64,000 nt of DNA, taken from Bythopirellula sp. GTDB lineage: Bacteria; Planctomycetota; Planctomycetia; Pirellulales; Lacipirellulaceae. The notes below the pieces were generated by a model. That model did no database searches, was not told the DNA's origin, and saw only the letters and a list, made by a program, of their open reading frames with translations. Positions within the stretch are counted from its first letter, which is position 1; each line of letters starts with the position of its first letter. The stretch lies in the NCBI GenBank assembly GCA_965216565.1, contig OZ244170.1, positions 3,200,001-3,264,000 on the forward strand. The letters run 5' to 3'. A program made the position numbers and the translations under genes. Shown here one piece after another: positions 46,381-56,936 of the stretch.

Positions 46381-46596
46381 CTAACGGCGACGGAACAAGC
46401 CTCGGCGATAGCTACGGCCGAAAACAGATCCCCGATTGCCCTGCTGGCGTTCCCAGCGCATCGAGCGATAGTTCACCCCATGGATGTTGCCAGAGCTGTA
46501 TGGATTCCCTCGGCTAATGACTCGGGCTTCAGCTTGGGGCATTTCCAAGCTCATGGTAGCAGCCAAGACCCAGGCACCAACGATTAAGCGAAACAT
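46381..46596 (-). CDS. Small secreted Arg/Gly-rich hypothetical protein
   Basis: MFRLIVGAWVLAATMSLEMPQAEA signal followed by 'NPYSSGNIHGVNYRSMRWER...RRGLFRRR'. GGAGAG upstream. Confidence 0.6.
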   Translation of the reverse strand: MFRLIVGAWVLAATMSLEMPQAEARVISRGNPYSSGNIHGVNYRSMRWERQQGNRGSVFGRSYRRGLFRRR

Positions 46597-46784
46597 TGCA
46601 CTCTCCATAAATAAAAGATTCCAAGCAGGCACCCGCATTATACGCAGGCCGTATTGTGCAGGCAAAATAGAGAGAAGCTTTGGTAAGAAACACCAAAAGC
46701 AACAGGCCGGCCCCCCTTGCAGGTGACCGGCCTGGCGGTTGCAAAGCCGCGGCCAAAGTGGCTGTTGTGTCTGAATCAGGAGAT

Positions 46785-47483
46785 TCAGAACGATGGATTA
46801 TCTATGCCCAGTCGCATTTTCAATTCTTCAAAGCGAGATATGTACTCGTCATTCGTGGAATGCACGTGCTCGGCTTCGGTGATGAACTTCATGTCTTCGC
46901 GACAATTGAGATTCGCATCAATCATCGCCAGCTCATAGTCTTTCAGATCTTTGCCATACACGACAAGGAGTTTGTGCTCGTCGAATTGAACTTCTTGTGG
47001 AATTTGTGGATTCAAAACGGCAATTCCGGTACAACCGTCATTGACTAACATGTCTTCGAAGTCCCACAGGATGCTCTGCAGGATGGGCATGTCGATGTGT
47101 TCGCGATAGAGGTCCTGATGACCTTTGTCGTTGTAGCTATGGCTCGTCTCCAGCACGACGTCCACTACTGGTCCCAGAGGTTCGAGCAAACTCATGAAGG
47201 TCTCGAACACTTCGTCCCGGGAGGCCGAAGCCATGAGAACGGGAACATCTTGGCGGGTCTGCTCATCCCGATAGACATCGTGACGGAAACCTGCCGAGGG
47301 GACGACGTCAAGGTTGAACGACGGCCGTACTGCATCGGTCAACACGAAATCTCCGTATCGGCTAACTCCCAGATGCGCTTCCAGTTCGTCCGAGTTCAGC
47401 TTCTCAAAGCTGCTGGTCGACTGATTCTGATTTTCCTCGTGGAAAACGTAGGTGAAGAAGTTCTTTAAGAATCCCATCGGCAA
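46785..47483 (-). CDS. Conserved-looking acidic hypothetical protein
   Basis: 232-aa ORF with globular composition ('VDVVLETSH', 'DGCTGIAV', 'EVQFDEHKLL', 'EAEHVH'). Confidence 0.75.
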   Translation of the reverse strand: MPMGFLKNFFTYVFHEENQNQSTSSFEKLNSDELEAHLGVSRYGDFVLTDAVRPSFNLDVVPSAGFRHDVYRDEQTRQDVPVLMASASRDEVFETFMSLLEPLGPVVDVVLETSHSYNDKGHQDLYREHIDMPILQSILWDFEDMLVNDGCTGIAVLNPQIPQEVQFDEHKLLVVYGKDLKDYELAMIDANLNCREDMKFITEAEHVHSTNDEYISRFEELKMRLGIDNPSF

Positions 47484-47831
47484 ACTCGTGGCTGGATCAA
47501 TTCTATTTGTTGTGAACTATCGCCGAGTCAGTATCGACGGTAGTTTCGTTTGATGACTTCGGGCCATCGTGCCGTTGGGGAGTGAACTAGCGGATAGACC
47601 GTTACCGGCCCCGCTATTGGAATAGTAGGTTATCGTGAGAGGGAATCCCTTACGAAGCAGCCCGAGCGGAGGGCTTTAGAGAGACCTAGAGCAATAAAAC
47701 CCGCACAATCGGACTCGGGGAGAGAACCGGGCTAAACGCATCTAGATTTGCTGAAATCGCACGTCAAGAATGATGCATTTGGGCAACGACAGGGCGTCGA
47801 GCGCGCTGGAAACACCAAATCCAAGCTGTCC

Positions 47832-49211
47832 CTATTCGGCAATCGGCTCGGGGAGAGCTTGCGACAGAGTGTAAAGAGCCATAGCAGTACCGTATTGCTG
47901 GTGGTAACCGTACAGCATGTAATCCCACCAGCTGCCATCCTTTTCTTGCTTCGGAAGCAACAAAGCGGCGAGATGACCTTCGAAGTGGGCACGCTCGCTC
48001 TCAGGCAATTGCTGGATGCACTTGGCTGCGTAGTAGTGACCGTAGTAGTAAAAATAGCCTGCCACACCGAAATCGCCAAAGTGCGGTGATTCACCAGGGA
48101 TGTGCCGTTTGCGACTCATGCTGAGCCACCCATTTCTGGCGATCAACCGATTAAGCCAAGTGCGGAGAACTTCAAGCGTGACGTCTTCATCTCCGTAGAG
48201 TCGCATAGCTAAGTTGCAAACCTGCGAGCGACCCAAGCTTCCCGCCGGTCGGTTGATACTGTACCGAGGCCGGAGGCTCAAGTATTCACCGTAGGCGTAA
48301 GAAAAGTCGGGATATCGCTGACGACGTAGGGAAGCCATCGCCCGATTAATCTGTTTCTGAGGAAACTCAATTCCCAACGCCTCCGCATCTTTGAGAGCAA
48401 TTAGCACCGTAGCAGTCGTAAAGCTAGATGAGCTGCCCGTCGGACGTTGGAACCGTGCTAATCGTGGGGTTTGCATGTTGTCGTGATCGTAGTAGCCCCA
48501 GCCGCCATCGAGCAATTCATCACGCTGGAGCCGATCGACGTGATAGTTGATGCTATCCAAAAGACGCTGCTTGAGACCCGCTTCATCAGCGGCCCTTTCG
48601 TGAAGCGACTTGAGTGCGTGGATCGCGAAGGCATGTCCCCAAACGTTGTATAGTGGGTAGCCAAAGTAGTCGTCGTAGGCATCGGGCTCACTCCGGCGGA
48701 GTTTTCCGCCTTCCTCAAGCAGCCACTCCTGCCCAAGATCGATGGCCTGCTCAACTTGGCTGAGCCGTTTTCCTTCGCAATGCTTACTCACTTCGATAAG
48801 CGAATCGAGGCACAATGCAGTAGTGGCGGTGCGGAATGCATAGTGGGAACCAGGTACCGGAGCCCAGATACGAAAATACTTAGGATTTGCCGAGCGCCCC
48901 CAGTAACCAGCATCAGTCTGAGAATCTAAGAGATAATCGATGCCACGCGTAACAGAACTTAGAATGACTTCCGCTGTGGGGGGCTCAATGTCAGCCGGCT
49001 GGGGACCTTCCACCGACAATGGGTAGCGAAGTTCAGCCGACTCTGAATTGGCTCCGTCAGCTCCAACTTCCTGCGAAACCGCCCGCTGAACTACAGCCGG
49101 CAAAGATAAAGCCACACATACACCCGCCAGCAGCACTACCCAAGCTCTAGCGCTTCGCCTTTGCATGGGCCTCGCAGGTTGCTCAATCGTAGTTGCCAAA
49201 TATGAAATCAC
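47832..49211 (-). CDS. Secreted prenyltransferase/squalene-oxidase-repeat (alpha/alpha barrel) protein; likely start ATG 49166
   Basis: Signal peptide; QW-like repeats 'YLLDSQTDAGYWG', 'DGGWGY', 'LLPKQEKDGSWWD'; 'YFYYYGHYYAA'; 'YGTAMAL'. Confidence 0.8.
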   Translation of the reverse strand: MISYLATTIEQPARPMQRRSARAWVVLLAGVCVALSLPAVVQRAVSQEVGADGANSESAELRYPLSVEGPQPADIEPPTAEVILSSVTRGIDYLLDSQTDAGYWGRSANPKYFRIWAPVPGSHYAFRTATTALCLDSLIEVSKHCEGKRLSQVEQAIDLGQEWLLEEGGKLRRSEPDAYDDYFGYPLYNVWGHAFAIHALKSLHERAADEAGLKQRLLDSINYHVDRLQRDELLDGGWGYYDHDNMQTPRLARFQRPTGSSSSFTTATVLIALKDAEALGIEFPQKQINRAMASLRRQRYPDFSYAYGEYLSLRPRYSINRPAGSLGRSQVCNLAMRLYGDEDVTLEVLRTWLNRLIARNGWLSMSRKRHIPGESPHFGDFGVAGYFYYYGHYYAAKCIQQLPESERAHFEGHLAALLLPKQEKDGSWWDYMLYGYHQQYGTAMALYTLSQALPEPIAE

Positions 49212-50926
49212 TAGTCTTCCTTGGACTTGTCTTCTTCCTTTTCCTTGACAATCTTGTCCCCCGCACTCAAACCACTGAGGACCTCAACCTTCTTGTCTTT
49301 TTTGCGACCCAGCTTCACGTCTTTACGAGTCGGCTTTTCGTTGTCACCAAGGAGTATTACGTACTTTTGCTTGTCGTCATCTTCATCGGTCTGCACATAG
49401 CTACTAGGAATAACGATAGCCGATTCGTTGTCATACACCGTCACGTTCGCTTCGCAGGTCATCCCCGCCACGAGCCACTCTGGTGCATTATCCAGATCTA
49501 AATCGATACTGACCATATACTTTCCAGCCGCATCAGGCACCGATAGCACTTTGGCAATTTTTCCTGGAAGGGATATATCCTCATCAGCCGCAGGCATGAC
49601 TTTGGCAGGCAAACCGACTTTAAAATCGGGTAGATCTTTTTCAGCGATTCTTGATTCCACTTCAAGCGGACGCTGACTGACAACGGTCATCAAAACAGTG
49701 TTGGCTGACACTTTGCCAAAAGGCTTAAGCTTATTGGAGAGTGTTGTTACCTCTGTCCATTTCCCTTTTACCGAACGGCCGTAATACACCACACCATCGG
49801 TTGGTGCCTTAATAACCATTAAGGATCGATCACTCACGAGCTTTGCGTGCCGTTCGATGCTCTTGGCTCGGGCGTTGCGCTTCTTTTCTAGTTCAAACTT
49901 CGCTCGGATCGTACCTTTTTCCTTGGCAGTCTTTGCTTGCTCGAGCTTTAGCTCAGACTGCTCAATCCGCTTTGCATAGGTATCATCGTATCGAGGCAGA
50001 GTCACCTCAAGCGTATAATCGCGATTCGCTTCTTGCAGTTCCAAAGAGAGCTTTGCCGTAGCCACCTGAAATCGCTGTCTTCGCAAGACAATCTCCTCAG
50101 TCTCTTCGGTTAGATCGTCCGCTGCGTACATTTTTTCGAGCTGAGCCAGTTCTTCTTCTTGCGAGGCAAGGTCCTCTTTCGCAGAGTTGTAGCGGTACTC
50201 GGCGATCTCCACCATAAATGGGCGATCGGTTTCCCGGTAATAGTCGAAGTCTTCCTTCAATTGCTCATGCGATAATTTTGCTTGCTCATAGGCAATTTCC
50301 CGTAGTCGCTGCTCGCGCGGATATTCTTCCTCCAACTGCATCAGCGCTAGCTCGCTTAGCCTTTGGTCGATCGACTCGACGGCGAGATCTTTTTCAATCT
50401 TTTCTTCGTCGAATTTTACAAGCACATCGCCCTTTTTCACGGTTGCGCCGTGCTCCACTGCTTCGATTACCTTGAAGTCGGACCATACCTCCGGTCGAAG
50501 GATAATTTCCTCCGAATCGGTCGCTACGAAAACACCTTTTAACTCAGCATCGATTTCAAGTTTCTGCTGTTTCACCTCGTGTGGTTTCGGCTTTTTCGAC
50601 TCGGAGTCCTCTTTCTTGTCGTTATCTGCTTCTGAATCTTCGCCCTTAGACTCTTCCTCCTCTTGGTTTTCGGAGGTTGCGTCGTCTTTCTTCTTTGCAG
50701 ATTTCTCTGAGACGTTCGCCTTTGACCCTGGGTCCGATGCTGTACTCGATTCTTCCTCGGCTTCTTCCGCCTCATCTTCTTCAGCGTGAGGGTGTGAACG
50801 ATTTTGCGACGGAGCGGGCTTGATCGTTTTGACAACAAACAACGATTCAGCTGCCAGCGCAGGCCAGCAAACAACCGCGAGTGCCAGCGTTAGAATCAAA
50901 CAGGCAAAGAAACGCGACATACTCAT
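49211..50926 (-). CDS. HlyD-family/periplasmic adaptor-like protein with acidic low-complexity N-region
   Basis: Lipoyl half-motifs 'VEHGATVKKGDVLVKFD' and 'IKAPTDGVVYY'; long helical hairpin; 'VEVLSGLSAGDKIV'. Confidence 0.82.
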   Translation of the reverse strand: MSMSRFFACLILTLALAVVCWPALAAESLFVVKTIKPAPSQNRSHPHAEEDEAEEAEEESSTASDPGSKANVSEKSAKKKDDATSENQEEEESKGEDSEADNDKKEDSESKKPKPHEVKQQKLEIDAELKGVFVATDSEEIILRPEVWSDFKVIEAVEHGATVKKGDVLVKFDEEKIEKDLAVESIDQRLSELALMQLEEEYPREQRLREIAYEQAKLSHEQLKEDFDYYRETDRPFMVEIAEYRYNSAKEDLASQEEELAQLEKMYAADDLTEETEEIVLRRQRFQVATAKLSLELQEANRDYTLEVTLPRYDDTYAKRIEQSELKLEQAKTAKEKGTIRAKFELEKKRNARAKSIERHAKLVSDRSLMVIKAPTDGVVYYGRSVKGKWTEVTTLSNKLKPFGKVSANTVLMTVVSQRPLEVESRIAEKDLPDFKVGLPAKVMPAADEDISLPGKIAKVLSVPDAAGKYMVSIDLDLDNAPEWLVAGMTCEANVTVYDNESAIVIPSSYVQTDEDDDKQKYVILLGDNEKPTRKDVKLGRKKDKKVEVLSGLSAGDKIVKEKEEDKSKED

Positions 50927-51381
50927 ATCTCTCCAGATACTACTTAGGTTGGGTGCTCGGCTATTTGATTTTCAAGACAACTACTCAGGGCGGAATCTCC
51001 GCCAGTGGGCATCTCGGCAAAATGGCGAAACTTTGCCGACTATAGATTCTAGCCCGTTAGCATGCTTAAGCCTACAATCTCATTAGTTTTGCGGCGTGAA
51101 AATTCCTCACGATGCCTCCTGCTCCCGATAACCACACGATAGGGAACATTAAGAATGCGAATGATCCCCAACGATTGCCGCGAATCTCGCGACTGATGTG
51201 GACAATTCCGGATAACCGGCACAACCGAAGATTACAAACGCCCGGACCTAGTGCCTCACCAACGAGAATTTACGAGAGCGATACAGACCCTCAAACAACT
51301 AACAACTGCCCAGAGGCATAGAAATTCTGTATCTTGGACCCTCGATTAAGACAGCATTCCCTAAAGAATTGACCGCGATAG

Positions 51382-51933
51382 ATGAAAATTTACACCGAGA
51401 CCGGCGATGATGGCACGACGGGACTTTTTGGCGGAGACCGAGTCTCGAAATGCGATCTCCGGCTCTGCGCTTACGGGACGATTGACGAGCTAAATTCTGT
51501 GCTGGGTATTGCCCGAGCAGGTGAACTCTCGGAGAGAACTGCTGAGATTATCGAGGCACTACAGCATCAGATGTTTGCACTCGGTTCGGAACTCGCCTCG
51601 CCCAACCCAGATTCCCCGGGAATTGTCTTGTTAGGGGACGAAGTGGTCAAAGGCCTCGAACATTGGATTGACGCATTGGAAGAAGACCTCGCACCGCTGA
51701 AATCATTCATACTCCCAGGCGGCTCTTTAGGCGCCGCCCGATTGCATTTCGCCCGCTGCGTGTGCCGACGTGCTGAGAGAGAAATTGCGAAGCTCGCCCA
51801 GTCGACTGAAATTCGCCCGACCGTGCTAAAATACATCAATCGGGTGAGCGATTTATTGTTTGTCTTGGCCCGGGCCGTCAATCACGAGGCGAACGTTGCA
51901 GACGTCGTCTGGAGTAAACCCGACGACAACTAG
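51382..51933 (+). CDS. PduO-type ATP:cob(I)alamin adenosyltransferase
   Basis: 'KIYTETGDDGTT.L.GG.RVSK', 'AYGTIDELNS', 'FILPGG', 'RCVCRRAER', 'YINRVSDLLF'. Confidence 0.94.
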   Translation: MKIYTETGDDGTTGLFGGDRVSKCDLRLCAYGTIDELNSVLGIARAGELSERTAEIIEALQHQMFALGSELASPNPDSPGIVLLGDEVVKGLEHWIDALEEDLAPLKSFILPGGSLGAARLHFARCVCRRAEREIAKLAQSTEIRPTVLKYINRVSDLLFVLARAVNHEANVADVVWSKPDDN

Positions 51934-52144
51934 GAAAACGGCCCCAGGAAACCGCTGAAATACTAGGCCTGACAGGGGCTTCTTGGCGAGGACTTTACTC
52001 GATGCCGGGCCAACGACTATGCTACTGCTGGCACTTGGGTGAGAATTCTAATCACCACTGAAAACAGTGACCTCAAGTAGGCGGCTTGGGCGACCTGCCG
52101 GGGACACTTTCTAAATAATCGAAGCTGTTTTTTTGGAGGGAACG

Positions 52145-53557
52145 ATGGGCGGATTCTATCGATATGCGCTAGTCCTACTATTTCTCTTGGCAAGTTTCGG
52201 GCAGGCTCAGCAAGCTATTGCCCAAAAAACACCTGATATAGCAACCGTCAACGAAAAGGCCGATGCCGCCCTCTTGGCGGGGCATAATGCCTGGATGCTG
52301 ACGAGTTGCGCACTCGTGTTGTTCATGACTGCCCCGGGCCTAGCCATGTTTTACGGAGGATTGGTCCGTAGAAAGAATGTGCTGGGCGTCATGATGCAGT
52401 GCCTATTTCTCATGGGAATGATGACCGTTCTGTGGGCGTTGTATGGGTATAGTCTCTCCTTCGGCGGCGATGGGCCATATATCGGAAATGCCGACTACGT
52501 GATGATGGAAGGTGTGCAACGGGAATGGAATGAAGAGACCGAGGAACCCGATACCCCTATGTATGAAGTTGATGGCTACCATCAGATTCCCCGCTACACC
52601 CACATGCTGTTTCAGGGCATGTTCTTTATCATTACTCCCGCACTCATTTGTGGTGCATTCGCCGAGCGCATGAAGTTCAGCGCTATGGTGCTTTTCAGTA
52701 TTCTCTGGGGGACGCTAGTCTATTGCCCGCTCTGCCATTGGGTGTGGGGCGGAGGAATTCTGGCCTTCGGATCGGATCATGCAATTCTCAATGGAGCATT
52801 AGACTTTGCCGGCGGCACCGTGGTGCATATCAGTTCGGGAGTCTCAGCTTTGCTGTGCGCGATTCTGATTGGGAAGCGCGAGGGTTATGGTACTGCCGAC
52901 ACGCGTCCGCATAATCTTACCTATACCGTGCTGGGTGCCGCGATGCTGTGGGTTGGCTGGTTTGGTTTCAACGCAGGGAGCGAGTTGCTCTCCGATCACC
53001 TCACTTCCAGCGCCTTCGCCGTCACTCATTTCTCAGCTGCAGCGGGAGTACTCGGTTGGGTCGCTTACGAATGGCTTACCACAGGCAAGCCTAGCGTGTT
53101 GGGCGCTGCCTCTGGTGCTGTGGCAGGACTGGTCTGCATTACCCCGGCAGCTGGTTTTGTGAATCCTATGCCTGCTCTGATCATGGGTTTTGTGGCAGGA
53201 ATCGTTTGTGCACTGGCCTGTGGGTCGCTGAAGGGGCACTTTCGCTACGACGATTCTCTCGACGCCTTTGGTGTTCACGGCGTGGGCGGAACGCTTGGGG
53301 CTGTGCTCACAGGTGTATTTGCCACCCGAGCCTGCTGGAATATTGCAGGTACTGAAAAGCTAGGAATGATCGAAGGAGGCAGCATTATGCCGGGCCAATT
53401 GGCTGCCGTCGCGGTGACCTGGGTCTTTAGCATTGTGGCAACTTTTATCATACTGAAAGTTGTCGACTTGGCTGTTGGGCTGAGGGTCACTCCCACGGAT
53501 GAAGTGAAGGGGCTAGATCTAAGTGAACATGGCGAAGAGGGTTACATTTTCGCCTAA
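52145..53557 (+). CDS. amtB: Ammonium transporter
   Basis: 'WMLTSCALVLFMTAPGLAMFYGGLVR.KN', 'FQGMF', 'DFAGGTVVHISSG', 'WFGFNAGS', 'DDSLDAFGVHG', 'GLDLSEHGE'. GGAGGG before ATG 52145. Confidence 0.97.
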   Translation: MGGFYRYALVLLFLLASFGQAQQAIAQKTPDIATVNEKADAALLAGHNAWMLTSCALVLFMTAPGLAMFYGGLVRRKNVLGVMMQCLFLMGMMTVLWALYGYSLSFGGDGPYIGNADYVMMEGVQREWNEETEEPDTPMYEVDGYHQIPRYTHMLFQGMFFIITPALICGAFAERMKFSAMVLFSILWGTLVYCPLCHWVWGGGILAFGSDHAILNGALDFAGGTVVHISSGVSALLCAILIGKREGYGTADTRPHNLTYTVLGAAMLWVGWFGFNAGSELLSDHLTSSAFAVTHFSAAAGVLGWVAYEWLTTGKPSVLGAASGAVAGLVCITPAAGFVNPMPALIMGFVAGIVCALACGSLKGHFRYDDSLDAFGVHGVGGTLGAVLTGVFATRACWNIAGTEKLGMIEGGSIMPGQLAAVAVTWVFSIVATFIILKVVDLAVGLRVTPTDEVKGLDLSEHGEEGYIFA

Positions 53558-53653
53558 AGAGTCGCTAGATGAGATTGGTACTGAGTGAAAGCCGGGGTAA
53601 CTTTGTCCTCGGTAGTCCCACTTGGTGAAGAGCCGGCTAGCTAAACTAATTAG

Positions 53654-54010
<357 letters not shown>

Positions 54011-54073
54011 AAATTCCGCTTGGCTGGCTCCGTAAATACCGCTTCATTTTTTCGTGCCCAAGTCCGAGCCTTC

Positions 54074-54098
54074 CGCTGGCACTGCCAGTGGCACACAA
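54074..54098. repeat. Short REP-like hairpin between PII and glnD
   Basis: CGCTGGC-ACT-GCCAGTG-GCACAC, with a related CACTGGCACAAG at 54121. Confidence 0.35.
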
Positions 54099-54209
54099 TA
54101 TTAGTAGCACTCCAGAGGGACACTGGCACAAGTCCGTTGTTCTTCCCCTTGTGCTATTCGTTGCCGCCCCTCCCTCTGCATCCCTCCTCCACGAGAGAAA
54201 GGCACCTGC

Positions 54210-56834
54210 GTGTCGGATAAATCTCGTACCATAAACATCTCGTCCCTCCGCGAAAGCCTCGGCACACAGCGCGACGCAATACGCGAACTTCACGACAAGG
54301 GGCTGCCCAGCACCCAGGTATCGGCAAGGCTCGCCTCGGTAGTCGATGCGATTGTGGTCTCGCTGTTTGATGCGTCACTCGTGGGTCACTCTGATTCAGA
54401 GGCCATTGAACATTTGCGGAGTCAGGTTGCCATCGTTGGCTTGGGGTCCTATGCCCGTCGGCAATGTTCGCCCTTTTCCGATGTCGATCTGATGATTCTC
54501 CACAATGCACGTAGCCCCGAGGAGATCTCAACCACGTTTCGACCCTTGACTCAAGGCATATTCGATATCGGACTGCAACTGGGACACAGCGTTCGCACAA
54601 CGAGCGAGGCAACCCAGTTGGCCAAAGAAGATGCTGTGATTTGTACGTCGATGATCGATTCGCGACTGCTCATTGGCAGCAAGGAGCTTTACGATGACTT
54701 CCGCAGCAGTTTCCAAAAAATGATCGAGCGAAATAGACAACCAGTGATCCGCTCAATCTTGGACGCGCGAACTGCGGAGCGCGACGAATATGGCACCACG
54801 GTCTACTTGCTAGAACCACATGTAAAGCGATCTCGTGGAGGTCTACGCGATTTGAACCTGCTACGCTGGCTCGGTTTCGCGGAACGTGGTGTCTCCGACC
54901 CTGATCGGCTCCAACTACTCGGAGCCATATCGAAATTTGACCATCGTCGGCTGATCAACACTCGCCAGTTTTTATTGCGACTAAGAAACGAACTTCATTT
55001 CAATTCCGGGACTTCTCACGATCTGCTCAATCGCGCTAAGCAGCTAGAAATTGCTGAGAAATTTGGGTATCGAGGCGGCAAAGGCATGCTGCCTGTCGAG
55101 CGGTTCATGCGAGACTACTTCCGGCATACCAATCATCTCTGGCAACTCGTACGACGACGTGATGCTAGTTTGCAAGTCGCCTCACGAGTCTCACGGGTGC
55201 TGGACCCTATGCTTTCTAAGACGGTGGAAGGCGACTACCGCATCGGACTGCAGAATATATCGGCAACGAAAAGCGGCCTAGCCAAAATCAAGCAAGACAT
55301 GGGCGAAGTCCTACGCTTGGTCGAACTCTCCAGGCAGCAGAACAAAGATATCGATCATGCCACTTGGTCGGCATTGCTGCTACGTGCTCCCGAATTCCCT
55401 GACGTCGACGATGCCGAGGTCCAACGCCAGTTCTGGAATCTCCTCGGAAAACACGAATACATAGGAGATGTACTCCGTGTACTCCACGAGTTGGGATATC
55501 TGGAAAAACTTGTACCGCCAATGCGTCACGCACGTTGCCTACTGCAGTTCAATCAGTACCACAAGTTTACGGTCGACGAGCATTGCATTCGTTCTGTTCG
55601 TAAAGCAACCAGCTTTGCCGACCGCAAAGACGTCCTGGGCGAAGCTTATCGGGAAATTCCGGACAAACGTACTCTACACTTGGCTTTACTTCTACACGAT
55701 TTGGGCAAGGGCTTTGAAGAGGATCACAGCGAAGTCGGAAAACGCATTGCCGAAGAAACTACGTCGCTGCTCAAACTTGACGAACGGGCCGCGTCGGACA
55801 TTGCATTCTTAGTTCATAAACACCTAGTGATGTCGCATTTGGCTTTCCGACGCGACACGAGCGATACCCAACTCATCAAACGTTTTGCCGCCGAGATCGG
55901 GAGCGTCGATCGCCTACGCATGCTTTTTGTAATGACCTGTGCTGATCTTGCTGCCGTTGGTCCGGGTGTGCTTAATGATTGGAAAATCGATGTCCTAGCC
56001 GATGTCTATCATCGATCAGTCAAACATATCCAACAGGAAGGAGACTCTTGGACGGAAACCCAACTCGAGCTACGGCGAAGCGACATCCGCGATTTGCTGA
56101 CTCCCAAGCAACAGCAAGACGAATGGTTCGAGCGTCAAATCCAACAACTACCGGATAGCTACCTGGCACGCCGCAAAGCAAGCAGCATGGCCGAGGCTCT
56201 CGCCCGATTGAACAAACTCTCCGAGGGAGATGTCGACGTTTGGTGCGAGCCCCAGCAAGAGAACAAGCCTCTGCTGTTCACTGCCGGAGTTGATCGCGGC
56301 AGCGGCCGCGGAGTTTTTTCAAGCATGGCCGGTGCGCTTTCGGCGGCGTCTATGCAGATTCTTTCTGCAGACACCAATGTCCTTGACGATGGCCTGCTGT
56401 TGCTGCACTACGAAACTACCGATCAGATAGATCCCATCAAGACTCCTCCAGATCGCATCGAAAGAGTTTGCCAATCGCTAGTAACTGCCGTCGACGCTAA
56501 AGACCCTCCTAAGTTCCAACGACAATGGGGCCTGCAGCAATCTGAAGAATCGAAGCGACTAACTCAGCTATCCAACAAGGTGAGAGTAGACAATCGGGCC
56601 TCAGAAAGCTGTACGGTCGTCGAAGTCTTTACCTTCGATCGCTCTGGGTTGCTCTTCGAATTAGCTCGGAGAGTCCACGATCTGGAATTAATTATTCAGC
56701 ACGCAAAAATCGGCACTTTTCTCGACCAAGTCGTCGATGTCTTTTACGTGACCAATCGTGATTTGCAGAAGATTACCGACGAGCAGCACTTAGAGCATAT
56801 CCGTCAGCAGATTTTCGAGGTCATCAACGATTGA
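54210..56834 (+). CDS. glnD: [Protein-PII] uridylyltransferase/uridylyl-removing enzyme
   Basis: NTase 'GSYARRQCSPFSDVDL', 'LEPHVKRSRGGLRDL', 'QFNQYHKFTVDEH', HD 'LLHDLGKG', C-terminal ACT 'DRSGLL...DVFYV'. Confidence 0.96.
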   Translation: MSDKSRTINISSLRESLGTQRDAIRELHDKGLPSTQVSARLASVVDAIVVSLFDASLVGHSDSEAIEHLRSQVAIVGLGSYARRQCSPFSDVDLMILHNARSPEEISTTFRPLTQGIFDIGLQLGHSVRTTSEATQLAKEDAVICTSMIDSRLLIGSKELYDDFRSSFQKMIERNRQPVIRSILDARTAERDEYGTTVYLLEPHVKRSRGGLRDLNLLRWLGFAERGVSDPDRLQLLGAISKFDHRRLINTRQFLLRLRNELHFNSGTSHDLLNRAKQLEIAEKFGYRGGKGMLPVERFMRDYFRHTNHLWQLVRRRDASLQVASRVSRVLDPMLSKTVEGDYRIGLQNISATKSGLAKIKQDMGEVLRLVELSRQQNKDIDHATWSALLLRAPEFPDVDDAEVQRQFWNLLGKHEYIGDVLRVLHELGYLEKLVPPMRHARCLLQFNQYHKFTVDEHCIRSVRKATSFADRKDVLGEAYREIPDKRTLHLALLLHDLGKGFEEDHSEVGKRIAEETTSLLKLDERAASDIAFLVHKHLVMSHLAFRRDTSDTQLIKRFAAEIGSVDRLRMLFVMTCADLAAVGPGVLNDWKIDVLADVYHRSVKHIQQEGDSWTETQLELRRSDIRDLLTPKQQQDEWFERQIQQLPDSYLARRKASSMAEALARLNKLSEGDVDVWCEPQQENKPLLFTAGVDRGSGRGVFSSMAGALSAASMQILSADTNVLDDGLLLLHYETTDQIDPIKTPPDRIERVCQSLVTAVDAKDPPKFQRQWGLQQSEESKRLTQLSNKVRVDNRASESCTVVEVFTFDRSGLLFELARRVHDLELIIQHAKIGTFLDQVVDVFYVTNRDLQKITDEQHLEHIRQQIFEVIND

Positions 56835-56936
56835 CGAGGGTGCATTCAGGCAGACCCTTGGCTATTCTACGTTGCGCATTACACTTATCTCTAAAGAATG
56901 AGTCGCCGAACCAAGGGCAGCCCAGGATAGTTACCA

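Noticed and set aside
47484..47831. Possible structured ncRNA in a 350-bp intergenic region
   Set aside because: Only short hairpins (e.g. TAGCGG...CCGCTA) and no recognisable family. An Rfam/Infernal search would be needed.
50927..51381. 69-aa ORF 51112..51321 or a cobalamin riboswitch before the adenosyltransferase
   Set aside because: The ORF lacks motifs and a clear RBS, and I could not find a B12-box or the conserved riboswitch core.
51934..52144. Sigma54 promoter upstream of amtB
   Set aside because: TGGCAC occurs near 52029, but there is no TTGC at the required spacing.
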